DNA of 63,965 bases, filler included, from Thelocarpon superellum (Eukaryota), in the NCBI GenBank assembly GCA_026025795.1. It is 5 parts of 5 records of this genome, joined end to end, with 100 filler letters (N's around TTAATTAATTAA, not from the genome) between each part and the next. Parts side by side here need not be neighbours in the genome. Positions count along the whole stretch, not along the records: positions 13,944 to 27,785 come from JAPEUG010000451.1; positions 27,886 to 41,678 come from JAPEUG010000452.1; 3 more parts are not named here. One strand, given 5' to 3'. Numbering within the stretch: the first letter of the stretch is position 1; each line of letters opens with the position of its first letter. Below are positions 26,975 to 37,419 of this stretch, one piece after another. The notes beneath the pieces were generated by a model, which did no database searches, was not told the DNA's origin, and worked only from the letters and a program-made list of their open reading frames with translations. The translations under genes were made by a program, and so were the position numbers.

Positions 26975-27043
26975 CGAGCACGAACACGAGCACGAGCACG
27001 AGCGCGAGCACGAGCGCGAGCACGAGTACGAGCACGAGCACGA
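26975..27043. repeat. Hexamer microsatellite (CGAGCA)n with variants
   Basis: Directly visible between the convergent 3' ends of the RhoGAP and ASK1 genes. Confidence 0.9.
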
Positions 27044-27400
27044 AGCTGAGGAGGAAGAGGGAGGGGGAGAGGGAGAGGAAGGGGGTGAGAAAGAGGCTGA
27101 GAAAGAGAAAAAGGAAGACATCGTATAGATAAAAAACATTTATATCTACAAGTTACATACGGGTTTACCCCCCCCCGCCCCGGCAATAGGAGGAATAACT
27201 TGAGGTAATTTACGTTCTGGCGTAAACGACATTTAATCCGAATATTTAAATCTGCCAATTACCCAACACCGAATACTAGACCTCCAACAGACCGTGGCCG
27301 TGTGAGTCAAAAAAGGGCGAGTGAGCGTACGCAGTGGATGGTTTGGTATCTATATAATATGTCTGAAGAGACATGGCCAATATGATATAACGCATTGGAC

Positions 27401-27785
27401 TCAAAACGTATCGTCCACGCCGCCTCTCCCCCCCTCCCCTCCTCGTCCCTTTCCCTTGCCGACCATGATAGCAGGCGAGCTAGTATCATTATCATCATCA
27501 TCGTCCCCTCCTCCGCTCTCTCCATCTTTAGGTGAGGGGGCATTGACGTCGATTTCAAAGTCAAAGCCATCGGAGTCCTCGTCCTCGTCCTCGTCCCGTG
27601 CGCCAGCGGTGTGTAGCAGGTCTGATACGATCTTGCGTGATGCTTCGCGTGCTGGTTGCACCGTCAATCGACACTCTCCATACTGGTGCTGTAACGCACG
27701 GCGGGGGGAAGAAACAAGGAGGAACGAGGACATACCGGGTGTGCGTAACAATCTGCTCTGCGGTACGGCAAATTGCATCGTTTTC
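27401..27785 (-). CDS. ASK1: DASH/Dam1 complex subunit Ask1, C-terminal fragment (5' part beyond contig end)
   Basis: KTMQFAVPQSRLLRTP / (intron GTATG…CAG) / AREASRKIVSDLLHTAGA…DDTF* resembles the conserved Pezizomycotina Ask1 C-terminus as recalled. Confidence 0.75.
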
Positions 27786-27885
27786 NNNNNNNNNNNNNNN
27801 NNNNNNNNNNNNNNNNNNNNNNNNNNNNNTTAATTAATTAANNNNNNNNNNNNNNNNNNNNNNNNNNNNNNNNNNNNNNNNNNNN
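27786..27885. other. Artificial contig spacer
   Basis: N-run/TTAATTAATTAA/N-run, 100 nt. Confidence 0.98.
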
Positions 27886-28035
27886 GGATTCATGGCTCGC
27901 TCGACCAAAGCGGCCAAAGAGACCCAGGGACACTCCTTGCCCGATCATGTACCCGGCGAGACCGGCCATGATGCCCGTGGCAATGGCGATGGCGGCGGTC
28001 GACGGTGGACCCTGTGCAGGGTCTGTTGTGGCCAT
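27886..28035 (-). CDS. PTH2: Probable peptidyl-tRNA hydrolase 2, N-terminal membrane anchor (truncated by contig end)
   Basis: MATTDPAQGPPSTAAIAIATGIMAGLAGYMIGQGVSLGLFG resembles the fungal Pth2 N-terminus (PST.A..IAT.I.AG..GY.IGQG.SLGLF). The catalytic domain is not in the window. Confidence 0.65.
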
Positions 28036-28605
28036 GTTGGTGTGGTCTACAGATGGTTTCTATCCGTGCTGTCGGCCTAGAATCATTGCAGCCAGTTTTT
28101 CTGACGACCGTCTCCCGATTTTCTTGACGGTAGCCCATAGTATGAGTGGCTTGGTAGTACTACCACTATACAAGTGTAGGAGCGCGCACGTGATCTGGTC
28201 ACGTGCCCACTCCTATCACTATCCCAGACTACGCGTAGATTAGCAATTCAGCTCTGATTCCTACACTAGTAGTAGTAGTACTTTGTACTGTGGAGGCTCC
28301 ATACGGGAGCTCGAGGCTTCTGAGTAAGCCGCCTGACGTGACCCACAATAGCTGTATATTAGAGCATTTTAGCAGTGGGTTGGGTAGGGTTTTGGTGTAG
28401 TTAGCTTATTCTGGATAGGGCCTACCTGCCATATTTGGAAGGAGCAGCAGCGCTAGCTACACAGCGCCTGTGTAGTACTATGCAGGCACTGCATAGCTGG
28501 CACTGCTGCTCTTCCTTCCCTATATAGTTAGTATATAAAGCTATTCAGACATCAGGACTTACCTTCATGTAGATATAGAAGATTTTCTGTATATCATCAG
28601 TCAGT

Positions 28606-29850
28606 ATGCCAGCTAGGAGACCCACCTGGTGTGTCCAGCAAGGCCAGAGTAGTCCTGCTAGCTCCTCCCTTAAATGGAGCCCTACCCTAGGGCCCAGCAA
28701 CCACTCACAGGCCCATTGTCCACCTCTTGGGCCACTGTTGTCATCAGCATATAGTGGTGGATTTGTTGTTGATCTAGACAGCAATCCCTATAGGACTACC
28801 ATCCAGACAATGCAGATCCAGCCACCAGTGTCATCATTTGACAACAGGGCCATCAGATCAACAGAGTACAACTCTATTGATCCAATGGCCATAGATCCAG
28901 CAATTATAGCCACCCAGCAGTCCACCCAACCCCCCACTAGCCAATTGTATCCTATCAGAGCCAGTGACAACAACAAAGACAGTGGGGCCACTAGTCATCC
29001 ACCACCTGGTTGTAGTGGTTGTAGTCATAGCTATGGCTGTGATGTCTAAGGGGGGGGTAGGCACAGAGGCAGTGAGGGAGGTGGTGAGGAAGGCAGACAG
29101 AGGATGAGGGTTGACATCAATTCAGAAGAACATGAGATACTGTTAATCAAGATCTGTTTGAAATACAAGGATGGGTTCACTCACAACAACAAGACCTAGT
29201 TCTGGATAGATGTTGAATAGGAGTTCAACCTTGAGACTAGCCTAGTGTTTTCAAACACTAGGCAGAAGGTCCAACAACTGGTGGACCAGTAGTGGAAGCA
29301 GGTTATAGAGGAGATAGAGGAAGAGAAGACTTGCAACTTGTAGACAATTGTGATAGACAACTGGTTAGAGCATATTGACAGCCTTGAGGCAGAGATAGAA
29401 GATTGGCAGAGTATAGCTATATGCCACTAGGTGACAGCAAGGGAGATCCAGATCAAGAGGGAGGCAATGATGGAGTCACTAAGTAGGCAACAGTGGCTCT
29501 AGGCAAGAGCTAGGAGAACTGACATCAGTAACAATCAAGACAAGGAAGGCAACTTACTAGAGCTATGGGGAGGAGAAGAAGAAGAGTCAGGAGCTGCAAC
29601 ATTATTGTCAGGAAGGAGCTGGAGTCAGAAGGTGGATATTAGCAAGGCAGCAATGATGATGGCTGGGTCTGTCAAGGAGTTAGCAGACTCTATCAAGGGT
29701 GGGGGCCTCACTGGAGGCACTGATTTCTGTGCCAAGACAGAAGAAAGACTAGATTAACTCAACAATACTATCAGTGGCTTGAAGGTAGAACTCCTTGACA
29801 CTATACACAGTCTGTTAGCACACTCAGAGCAGGGAGGAACTCAGCTGTAA
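28606..29850 (+). pseudogene. Transposon accessory gene, Myb/SANT-like DNA-binding protein, with premature stops
   Basis: One frame runs from ATG 28606 to TAA 29850 with several stops: EEHEILLIKICLKYKDGF…KT*FWIDVE*EFNLETSLVFSNTRQKVQQLV, followed by coiled-coil-like sequence. A Myb/SANT partner gene is typical of Harbingers. Confidence 0.65.
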
Positions 29851-29859
29851 TAGTAGTAT

Positions 29860-31328
29860 CAAAGGTGTTGATGGCAGCAGTGCCCTCAGGAAAGAGGCCC
29901 ACCCACCCACCTACTGCTACCACTATTGCTATTGTAGCTACTGTCATTGTAGCCACTATTGTAGCTACTGTTGTAGCTACTGTTGTTGTAGTAGTCCTTG
30001 TAGTTGTTGTAGTTGTCATTGTCCTCATTGTTAGAGTTGTCATCAGAGTTGTTGTTGTCTTTGTTGTCAGAGTTGTCCTCATTGTCAGAGTTGTTGTTGC
30101 AGCTCTCCCAGGGGTTCCTAAACTGGCTATCTGGTTAGAGGTAAGCATCAAGGGAGAGAGGGAACAAACCAAAGTGCAACTTGTTGCTACATATGCTGGT
30201 GTAGATGTTAGTTAGGAGGATGGAGACTATATAATTCACTGCAACTGGACTCATTCCAGATCACTAGAGAACTTTGAACTAGCTGGATAGCCAGAGGTTA
30301 GCTGTCTTTCCAAAGCTGTTCTCCACAGTGATCTAGTAGTAACTCATTACTGTATTGAACCAGGTCTGCTAGTTGTCATAGTAGAGGATGGGATATAGGC
30401 ACATGGTGCTAAGGAGCAGGGTGTATGCTAGATTGCTAAATACAATGAGACAACAGCTGCCATGATGGCAGATCTGTAGACTAGTTAGTATTATTAGGCA
30501 TAGAGAGACAGGGCAGGGGACTCACCTTGTTAATCCAATCCTAAACACCTGAATCATTATATATCTTGTAGTTGTTAGTTGTCACAAGGAAGGGTCCTTT
30601 CAAGAAAGGAATAAGGCTGTCTAGAGTCACAATTGCCTGGTATTTGAAGCTGTGCTGCTTCTTGTGGCCAGAGTAGTGCTAGTGCTGGTTCTTTGTTGGA
30701 CAACAGAATGGCTAGAACATCCTATTAATATATCTCTAGCAATTGTAGGGAGTGCCAACCCCAGAGAACTCACCACTAGCACAGATAAAGGATTTGAGTT
30801 GCTTGTAGTTGTCCAAGTAGGGGTGCTATTCCAAGATCTCACAATAGTATTGAACTAGGTGTAGGACAACATCCACACACACAGATGACAACCAACTGCA
30901 AGATTGACCAAGGAGGTGTAAGAGAGTGTTAAGGTGCTTAGAGTAGGCAAGCTAAGCTGCAACAACAACAAAGGCAAGCTCTGGTGACAGGGTCAGGCAA
31001 TTCTAGAAGCTAATTGTCTCCAGCTCAAGGTAGGGAAGGATGACAGTGATCTATGACTTGGTGAACCTATAAGTAGTGTTAGTTAGATCTAGTCAGGTGG
31101 AATATAGACTCACCTAGTCACTTTGTGACAGAGCAAGTCATTGAACTCATCAAAATTGAAGCTGAAATAGGTGCCTGGTGCTGTTCTGCAAGGCCTGTGG
31201 TCATCAACTGACTACAGGAGCAATAGCAAGGAAGCTGCAGAAGCGAATAGAGTAGCAAGGAGCTGGAAATCAGCTGCAGAGGCCATGGTTAAGGTGGGAA
31301 CTGGTGATAATATTGATGGAGGTGACAT
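29860..31328 (-). pseudogene. HARBI1/DDE_Tnp_4-type transposase pseudogene (2 introns)
   Basis: RFTK, HYSGHKKQHSFKYQAIVTLDSLI (cf. YSGHK..H..KYQ.IVTPDGLI), IVFSNLAY (ancestral GDPAY), FNTVMSYY*ITVENSFGK..NLW, SPVAVNYIVSILLTN…LDAYL; introns GTGAGT…CTAAC…AG. The 3' end is approximate. Confidence 0.88.
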
Positions 31329-32054
31329 AGGTTAGTTGCTTAATGATTTGATATATCCTAAAAGAGTAGGAAGCTCAATTAGGACTAGTCTAGAAAATTA
31401 ACCACTAACTACACCAAAAATTCACTACACCAAAAACCCGGTGCTAAAATGCTCTATTAGAACAGCGGATAGCTTCCGTAGAATAAACCACCCATCTCCA
31501 GTGCAATATGACACACCCCGGTTAGTAACCGGGGTGCGTCAGTACGAAGCACTCGTACCGTGTAGCCCTCGCCACAGGCAGGCGAGAAACTCGTAGCGAA
31601 GCACACGTGAAATGTAAGGGCGAGTGGAGGCGGAAACACCGGTGAAAGGAATCCCATGCCATCTCCGACGCTTGCACTTGCTCAAACGGGCAGCGGCTCT
31701 GCACTGATAAACCTCCACCCCATCCCACGACCAACACGCATGAGACGTGAATACCATGACGCTATATGGGGCTATATGAGCACGATGCTGTCAGAACCCT
31801 CGCTGGGCCATTGGCGAGCTCGCATACCGTCACAGCCCGGCGGGGGCTAGGCAGCTCCAAGCAACAATGCGTCGCTTTTGGAATGATTCGTCGCATGCCA
31901 AACGCTCACATGTCCACACTAGTCGCATTGGTCGTGAATCTCCGCCTTATGTCCCGCCCACGCACAGGATGATCGAAGAGCCAATCCGCTCGATCCTACA
32001 GCTGGCCCTCGACCGGCGCCAGCGGTGGGGAACTAGGAACATCCCGACGACCAG

Positions 32055-32063
32055 TATATAAAG
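32055..32063 (+). promoter_or_regulatory. TATA box upstream of the secreted-protein gene
   Basis: TATATAAAG about 70 nt before ATG 32131. Confidence 0.45.
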
Positions 32064-32130
32064 CAGCGTTCGACCCTGTCACCATGTTCGTCTCCTCGAG
32101 CCCTGCCCCCCCTAGTCCGGTGATGATGAG

Positions 32131-33517
32131 ATGCCCGGTCGTCGGCATCTCCCATTTTGGCACTACGCTTATGCCTCTGGCCTTCTCGCAGGCGTCCCTT
32201 TGGGCGCCTTGGGAGGAAATCCCTGGATCCCGTCCTTACCTAACACGGCCGTGCCACCGGAAGAACGGGTCTATTGTGGTGAGGACTGGGGACAGGATAT
32301 TGTCCTCTCTCGGGTCGAACAGGCGGCCCAGCCCCTGAATCTCAAAGAAGGGTCGAGGATCGAAACCTACCATACGACGCCGCCGAAGGATGACACCTTC
32401 CTTCCCCGCCACCACGAGGACGGTAAGAGTCGTGGCCGCCGGGAATGGATGATCGCGACGAGACTGATGGTCGGATAGATTCGGGTCAGGTTTACGTGGA
32501 GGTAGAGATCGTAGGATACCCTCGCTCATCTTATGCGTTCGCGCCCGATCAGATTCGAGAAGCGGTTGGGTGGATAGCAAGAGAGTGTGTCGGCGAACGA
32601 GAAGGCGTTGGGGGATTTGCCACGCTGGGTCGTGGAGTCCTGCTGGACTACCCGTCGGAGGCGCATAGTGAGTGATATCCCCCTCCCTTGCCCTGGCATT
32701 GGGTCGTTGGGAGGCTTACTCGACGGGCAGCGCCCGAGGGATCGTTTATTGGCATCACCGTCACGACGCGCGAGAAGGATTTTACGGGATTTGGAAATAA
32801 CCGGCGGGTGCTACAAAACATCATCGACGAGATTGCCCTGGAAGACTTCGACGGCACCAACAAGCAGAAACAGCGATTCCAAGACGCGATCAACCTCGGC
32901 TCGGACCTCGATGATCTTGCGGAAGGCCTGCCATGGTTTTTCCCGGCACCACCGCCGCCTCGAAGGCAAGGATTGTCATGCAAAGCCAGCACAACCACCC
33001 CAAACGCCACGGCCTACGGCGCGACGGACGAAGCCTTTTTTCAATCGATCGCGACCCAATGGCCGGCGGGCAATGTCACCGTCCGACAGCGGAAGCCACT
33101 CATTCAGTCCTTTGGTAGGTCGTTTTGTCGTTTTGTTGGGAGTGGGGAAAAGAAAATACACAGCCGCTAAACCGCCATAGGATCTACCAATGCCATCGTC
33201 GTCCGGAGCCGACGGCGAGGCAACAAGCCGATCCAAGTGCCATACCATGCCATCGCGGAGGCAGGCAAGGCTCTACTGGCTCAATGTGCGCACGACGCCC
33301 TCACGATCGTCTCGGGGTCCGTCAGCGGCGTTTTGTCCTCTTCTGCCGGTAAGCGTCTCGCCCTGGCTCCGTGGTGCCATCTCGCGAACACATCTAACAT
33401 CTCCTGACTATCACGACAGGCCCCGACACTCTCCCCCGCGGTATCACCGTCGACATGATGTCATTCAACCCCGTACCTGCCGACTACGGGAGCATCACAG
33501 AAATATCCTCCCCCTGA
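32131..33517 (+). CDS. Hypothetical secreted protein, 5 exons
   Basis: Signal-like N-terminus (YAYASGLLAGVPLGALG). ORF pieces 32131-, 32445-, 32688- and two later exons are separated by GTAAG/GTGAG/GTAGG…AG introns; ends GITVDMMSFNPVPADYGSITEISSP*. Confidence 0.7.
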
Positions 33518-33569
33518 TGTCATGATATCCTGCATAGCGTTTTGGCGTTACCTCTGATGTTATCGTGTG

Positions 33570-34110
33570 TCTAGAGATATTCTTGCATCGCCCCATGATA
33601 TCCACTTCTACACCAGGCATGGTTCTGACTGGCCCCGTGGGATCTACTCTCGCATGAATATGATTCTTGCATCGCCCCGTGGGACCCTCTCTCGCTTGGA
33701 CGATTATCTTGCCGCGCCCCATCATATACTTCAGCATGTCGTGGAATATCCTGCCGTGCCCTGTGCCATTCCAGCCTGGCGCGATGTTCATCCTTGCCTG
33801 GCCCCACGATATACGTCACCGCTCTTTCGACAATCGTGCCTTGCCCCATTCCATGCACGATGACGCTGACAATGACTGTGCCTTGCCCCTTATACGCACG
33901 ATGACGCTGACGATACTCGTGCCTTGCCCTATCATACGCACGATGACGCTGACGATACGCGTGCCTCGCCCTATCATACGCACGATGACGCTGACGATAC
34001 TCGTGGCTTGCCCTATCATACGCACGATGACGCTGACGATACTCGTGCCTTGCCCCGTTACACGCACAATGCCGCGCAGGATATTCCTGACCAACCCCGT
34101 TATGTATGTA
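33570..34110. repeat. 42-bp period tandem array, ~13 units, diverged on the left and near-identical on the right
   Basis: The GCCCC/GCCCT anchor recurs at 33590, 33632, 33674, 33716, 33758, 33801, 33843, 33885, 33926, 33968, 34010, 34052, with ACCCC at 34094. Young unit: GTGCCTTGCCCTATCATACGCACGATGACGCTGACGATACTC. Confidence 0.9.
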
Positions 34111-34525
34111 CACACGGCATTGGATGTTGACAACCAGGCATGTATCAGGTATGTCCACACCGAGATAATCTACATGTCGTCTCCATGTCCGTATGCACAT
34201 GCAGATATGTACACACATGCTGCGTGGATGCAAATACATCTCTGCGTATGCATGTATGGCCGCTCCGTGATGTCTGGAATGCATTCATTGGATGGTGTGT
34301 ATTGCTACATTTCTCTCATTGCTGTTTCTCTACTGTTTCGGATGCTCCCATGCTCCTCCTGTCGCTCTTGCCTGGCTCCACGTGACTGTGCATACAACAG
34401 ACCCCTTTCCCGACTCCCCACATGCCCTGACATGCACAAGACAGACATCTGTGCCCGACCCCACGTGACTGTGCACCAGGTGGGCGTGTGTGCCCAGCCC
34501 CCCCACCACGTGACTGTGACAGCAG

Positions 34526-36238
34526 CTAACACTTCCAGACCCCAAAGGCACGGAAGGTGTCGTGCTTGATGAGGCGTGTCATGTGGACTTCATCGAGGCC
34601 GACGACAATCTCAAAGGTGCCGTCGGCGAGAGGCGGCAGGATGATGCAACGGGCGTCCATCATGTCGTTGCGGGCGTGACGGACACGCTGGGGCGTCCCA
34701 AGCACCTTGCCCCATTCCAGCGAGTAGATGGGCATCTTGGCCCACGAGGCGATGACAATCCCGGCACGCGACAGGGCTGTGGCGTTCTTCATCCGGTCGT
34801 TCACGTCGGCTAGGCATTCCACAGAGGCCATGAGAGCGCGCACGTATGCGTCGTCGACGGAGTTGGTGCCGTTGCGGACAGCCAGGGCCACGTCGGCCAG
34901 TGTGGACGGTGTGGTGGCGCGGATCATGTCGAGAGGCACAGTGGTCATAAATCCAATCGACGCGTTGCCGAGGTATGTGATGGGCAGGGCGGGCTTGACG
35001 CGAGTGCGCGTATCGACAAGCATGCGCAGCTCGGCCACATCCAGGTCCGGGTCCAGTTCGTCCGCCGTGCGCGTGGTGACGATGCAGTGCCACATTAGCG
35101 CCGTGAGGGCGTCGTTGGTTGTGATGAAGACGCCCGCTTCGACGGGCGATGATGCGTGCTTCGGGTTGCACAGTTCCTTGAGCTCGGCCACCTTCTCGGC
35201 TGTCATGGTGAAGATGCTCGTGCGCGTCGGTCCAAACGGCGTGAGCGTCGACGTCGGGGCCGTGACTTTCGCCGGCCGTTCGGTCGCGGTGATCTCCGGG
35301 GCGATGAGCCCCGGGTCGGTGACATGCGCAGCTTCGGTCCCGGTCTCTTCCTGGCCCTCCGTCGCAGTCGCCTCTAGGGCCTGCACCAGCAATTTGCTGG
35401 TGTCCGGGCGGTCGGCTTCCCCACCGAGTGCGATCAAAATCGGAGTGGCGTCAGACTCGTCGGACCCACCCGACCCGCCGGACCCGTCGGACTCATCGCT
35501 CGAGTCGGTGATGGTCAGGTCCGCAATGTCCGTGGGCGTCTTGTCTGCGACGGGCTTCTTGGTCGGCGAGCCGGGAAGGGAAGCCGGCGGCGAATCGGAG
35601 GCGGCTGGATCGCCCAGGGTCAATAGGGTGCGGTCAAAGGAGGCGCTTGCCAACGGGAAGCCCCAGAGCGGCTTGCGGCAGTAATGCGCCCACATGTGGA
35701 TCAGGACGAGGATGCCTCCGGCGTCGAAGACGCAATGGTGGAACCCGCTCCCGAGGATGATGCCGCCGGGCACCAGGTTGACTTGCGAGTACATGACGCG
35801 GTTGACTTCGTCGTTCGTCTTGGGCGCAAAGTCAACGGGTAGCAGGATCTCCGGGTCCATCATGGAGAAGGGAAAGCCTTCTTGCTTCAGCTCGGCATAG
35901 GTCCACGGCACGCGGTTGGGACCCTGCGTAAGATCGTTGACAACGAGCTCGACGTGCTTGACACTCATGTCGACGCGAACCTCGAGGCGGCCCTTCTGGT
36001 GTGTCTCCGGTCCGCACGGCACCACCTCACCCTTGAGGAAGGGCAGCTTCTTAACGACGTTGTCAAGTCCCTCTTGGAGCGTCTTGATCATGGCGGCGTG
36101 GTCAACGCCTTCGGGCATCTCGAAACAGACCAACTGACGCGAGTAGAAACGCGCCGAGATCTGGTCAATGGTCGAGATCTTCATGACTCCGTCGGCCCCG
36201 TTGTTCTTGGTCGTGGTCGCAAACATGTTAATCGACAT
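34526..36238 (-). CDS. CoA-dependent O-acyltransferase (Tri101/BAHD-like transferase family), intronless
   Basis: 570-aa ORF with PFLKGEV, QVNLVPGGIIL…HHCVFDAGG (HxxxD catalytic motif), TTNDALTALMW, YLGNA, SW…YSLEWG (DFGWG-equivalent) and CIILP. Confidence 0.9.
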   Translation of the reverse strand: MSINMFATTTKNNGADGVMKISTIDQISARFYSRQLVCFEMPEGVDHAAMIKTLQEGLDNVVKKLPFLKGEVVPCGPETHQKGRLEVRVDMSVKHVELVVNDLTQGPNRVPWTYAELKQEGFPFSMMDPEILLPVDFAPKTNDEVNRVMYSQVNLVPGGIILGSGFHHCVFDAGGILVLIHMWAHYCRKPLWGFPLASASFDRTLLTLGDPAASDSPPASLPGSPTKKPVADKTPTDIADLTITDSSDESDGSGGSGGSDESDATPILIALGGEADRPDTSKLLVQALEATATEGQEETGTEAAHVTDPGLIAPEITATERPAKVTAPTSTLTPFGPTRTSIFTMTAEKVAELKELCNPKHASSPVEAGVFITTNDALTALMWHCIVTTRTADELDPDLDVAELRMLVDTRTRVKPALPITYLGNASIGFMTTVPLDMIRATTPSTLADVALAVRNGTNSVDDAYVRALMASVECLADVNDRMKNATALSRAGIVIASWAKMPIYSLEWGKVLGTPQRVRHARNDMMDARCIILPPLADGTFEIVVGLDEVHMTRLIKHDTFRAFGVWKC

Positions 36239-37419
36239 GGCTGAATGGACACGCCAAGGCTTGCAGCCGTGGATTGGAGAATGAAAGGAGCGAGACGTGG
36301 AGGTGTGGTGGGGAAATGTGGTGTGGAGTCGTGTTGTTGAGATGCGGAGTTGTGGATGTGGTAGTTGCGAAAGTGAGGAGAGGCAAGGTGGAAGGTTACC
36401 GGGAGCAATACCGAGACTGCGAGGCTGCGAGGTTGCAGGGAGTGGAAAGCTGCGCGGAGGTCGATCGAATGCGTCTTTTGCAGGAAGCCGACGATCAAGC
36501 AGCGCACCAACGTGGCCAGGAAGTGCGAGTGTCGAGGCTCAGATCCGGCAAAGAGAAAGAGCTAGGGAGAGGTGTGGGGAAGAAAAGAGGAGAAGAGAAC
36601 GAGAGAGCAAAGAGCAAAGGGCCTCTTATGTCGGCCGACCGGGCGGGCGATAACACAAGCCAGACACGGTTGGCCAGACACGAGGACGCGTGTTCAGCGT
36701 CATGGTGAATGTGGTGCTGGAGACGAGTGATCATCTCCATCGTGGATTCGATCCAGGGGATGCGTTTTCATCTCCAATGTGAACGAACTGCCAGCGACCA
36801 ATCGCTTGGGAGAGGTTCGGCGGCGGTGATGGGGGCCATCTTGACTGTCACTGCATCATAGGTGCATCATTGGAGGACTCACGGAATCTTGGACCATTGG
36901 ATTCTTTCACCCGCTTGAAATTCACCGCCCTGGACATGGACGTGGTGTGACGCGTCTTTGGAGATTCACGTTGCAGAACATGCGACTTGTGCTAAATGAG
37001 TACACCACAAGCGGCACAGGTCATTCACGGACAGGTGCTACGACGCAGCGGATGACTTCATTTCGGGTGGATTTTGAAAAAAAGTCATCGCTAGAAAAGA
37101 TGATAGGGTGTGAGTATCTAGTCAGCGCTGAAGTTGTCGATAGGGGTGGTGGGGGGGGCTCGTCACGGCTCGTTCCTCTTATCCCAGTTGACTTCCACCT
37201 GCTCTCTCCGTCAAGTATCTACCATTGCTTCTCCGGACTTTCTAGCTCGCTATTGCCTGCTATCTAGCAGAGAACAAGATATACAGACGGAAATAAGGTG
37301 GAAAGGAGAGAAAGAGACAAAACATATAGGCACACGAGAGTGAGGGTAGGACAGAAAGACAAAGGGAACCTCACCAGAACACCGTGTCGCTCACTCTCGC
37401 TCTCGCTTGCTCGCTCACC

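Larger units (their letters stand above)
28361..31455. mobile_element. Full-length degenerate PIF/Harbinger-superfamily DNA transposon (3095 bp)
   Basis: TIR AGAGCATTTTAGCA (14 bp perfect, 19/21 extended) at both ends; ATT on both flanks (28358-60, 31456-58); subterminal TTTTGGTGTAG once left and twice right (inverted); two convergent decayed genes inside. Confidence 0.9.

Noticed and set aside
26799..27258. HE-, RA- or ST-repeat proteins
   Set aside because: All frames are read-throughs of a CGAGCA microsatellite and purine tracts in the 3' intergenic region.
27401..28035. One gene spanning the gap (PTH2-like N-terminus joined to the acidic C-terminus)
   Set aside because: The pieces are on different contigs separated by an artificial spacer and resemble different proteins (Pth2 and Ask1).
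29801..30215. Thr-rich and Val-rich ORFs as independent genes
   Set aside because: Alternative frames of the mutated GAC/AAC low-complexity tail inside the transposon.
33570..34110. CRISPR array interpretation of the 42-bp repeats
   Set aside because: Eukaryotic context, no cas genes, the conserved core is itself degenerate, and the right-hand units repeat in full rather than having unique spacers.
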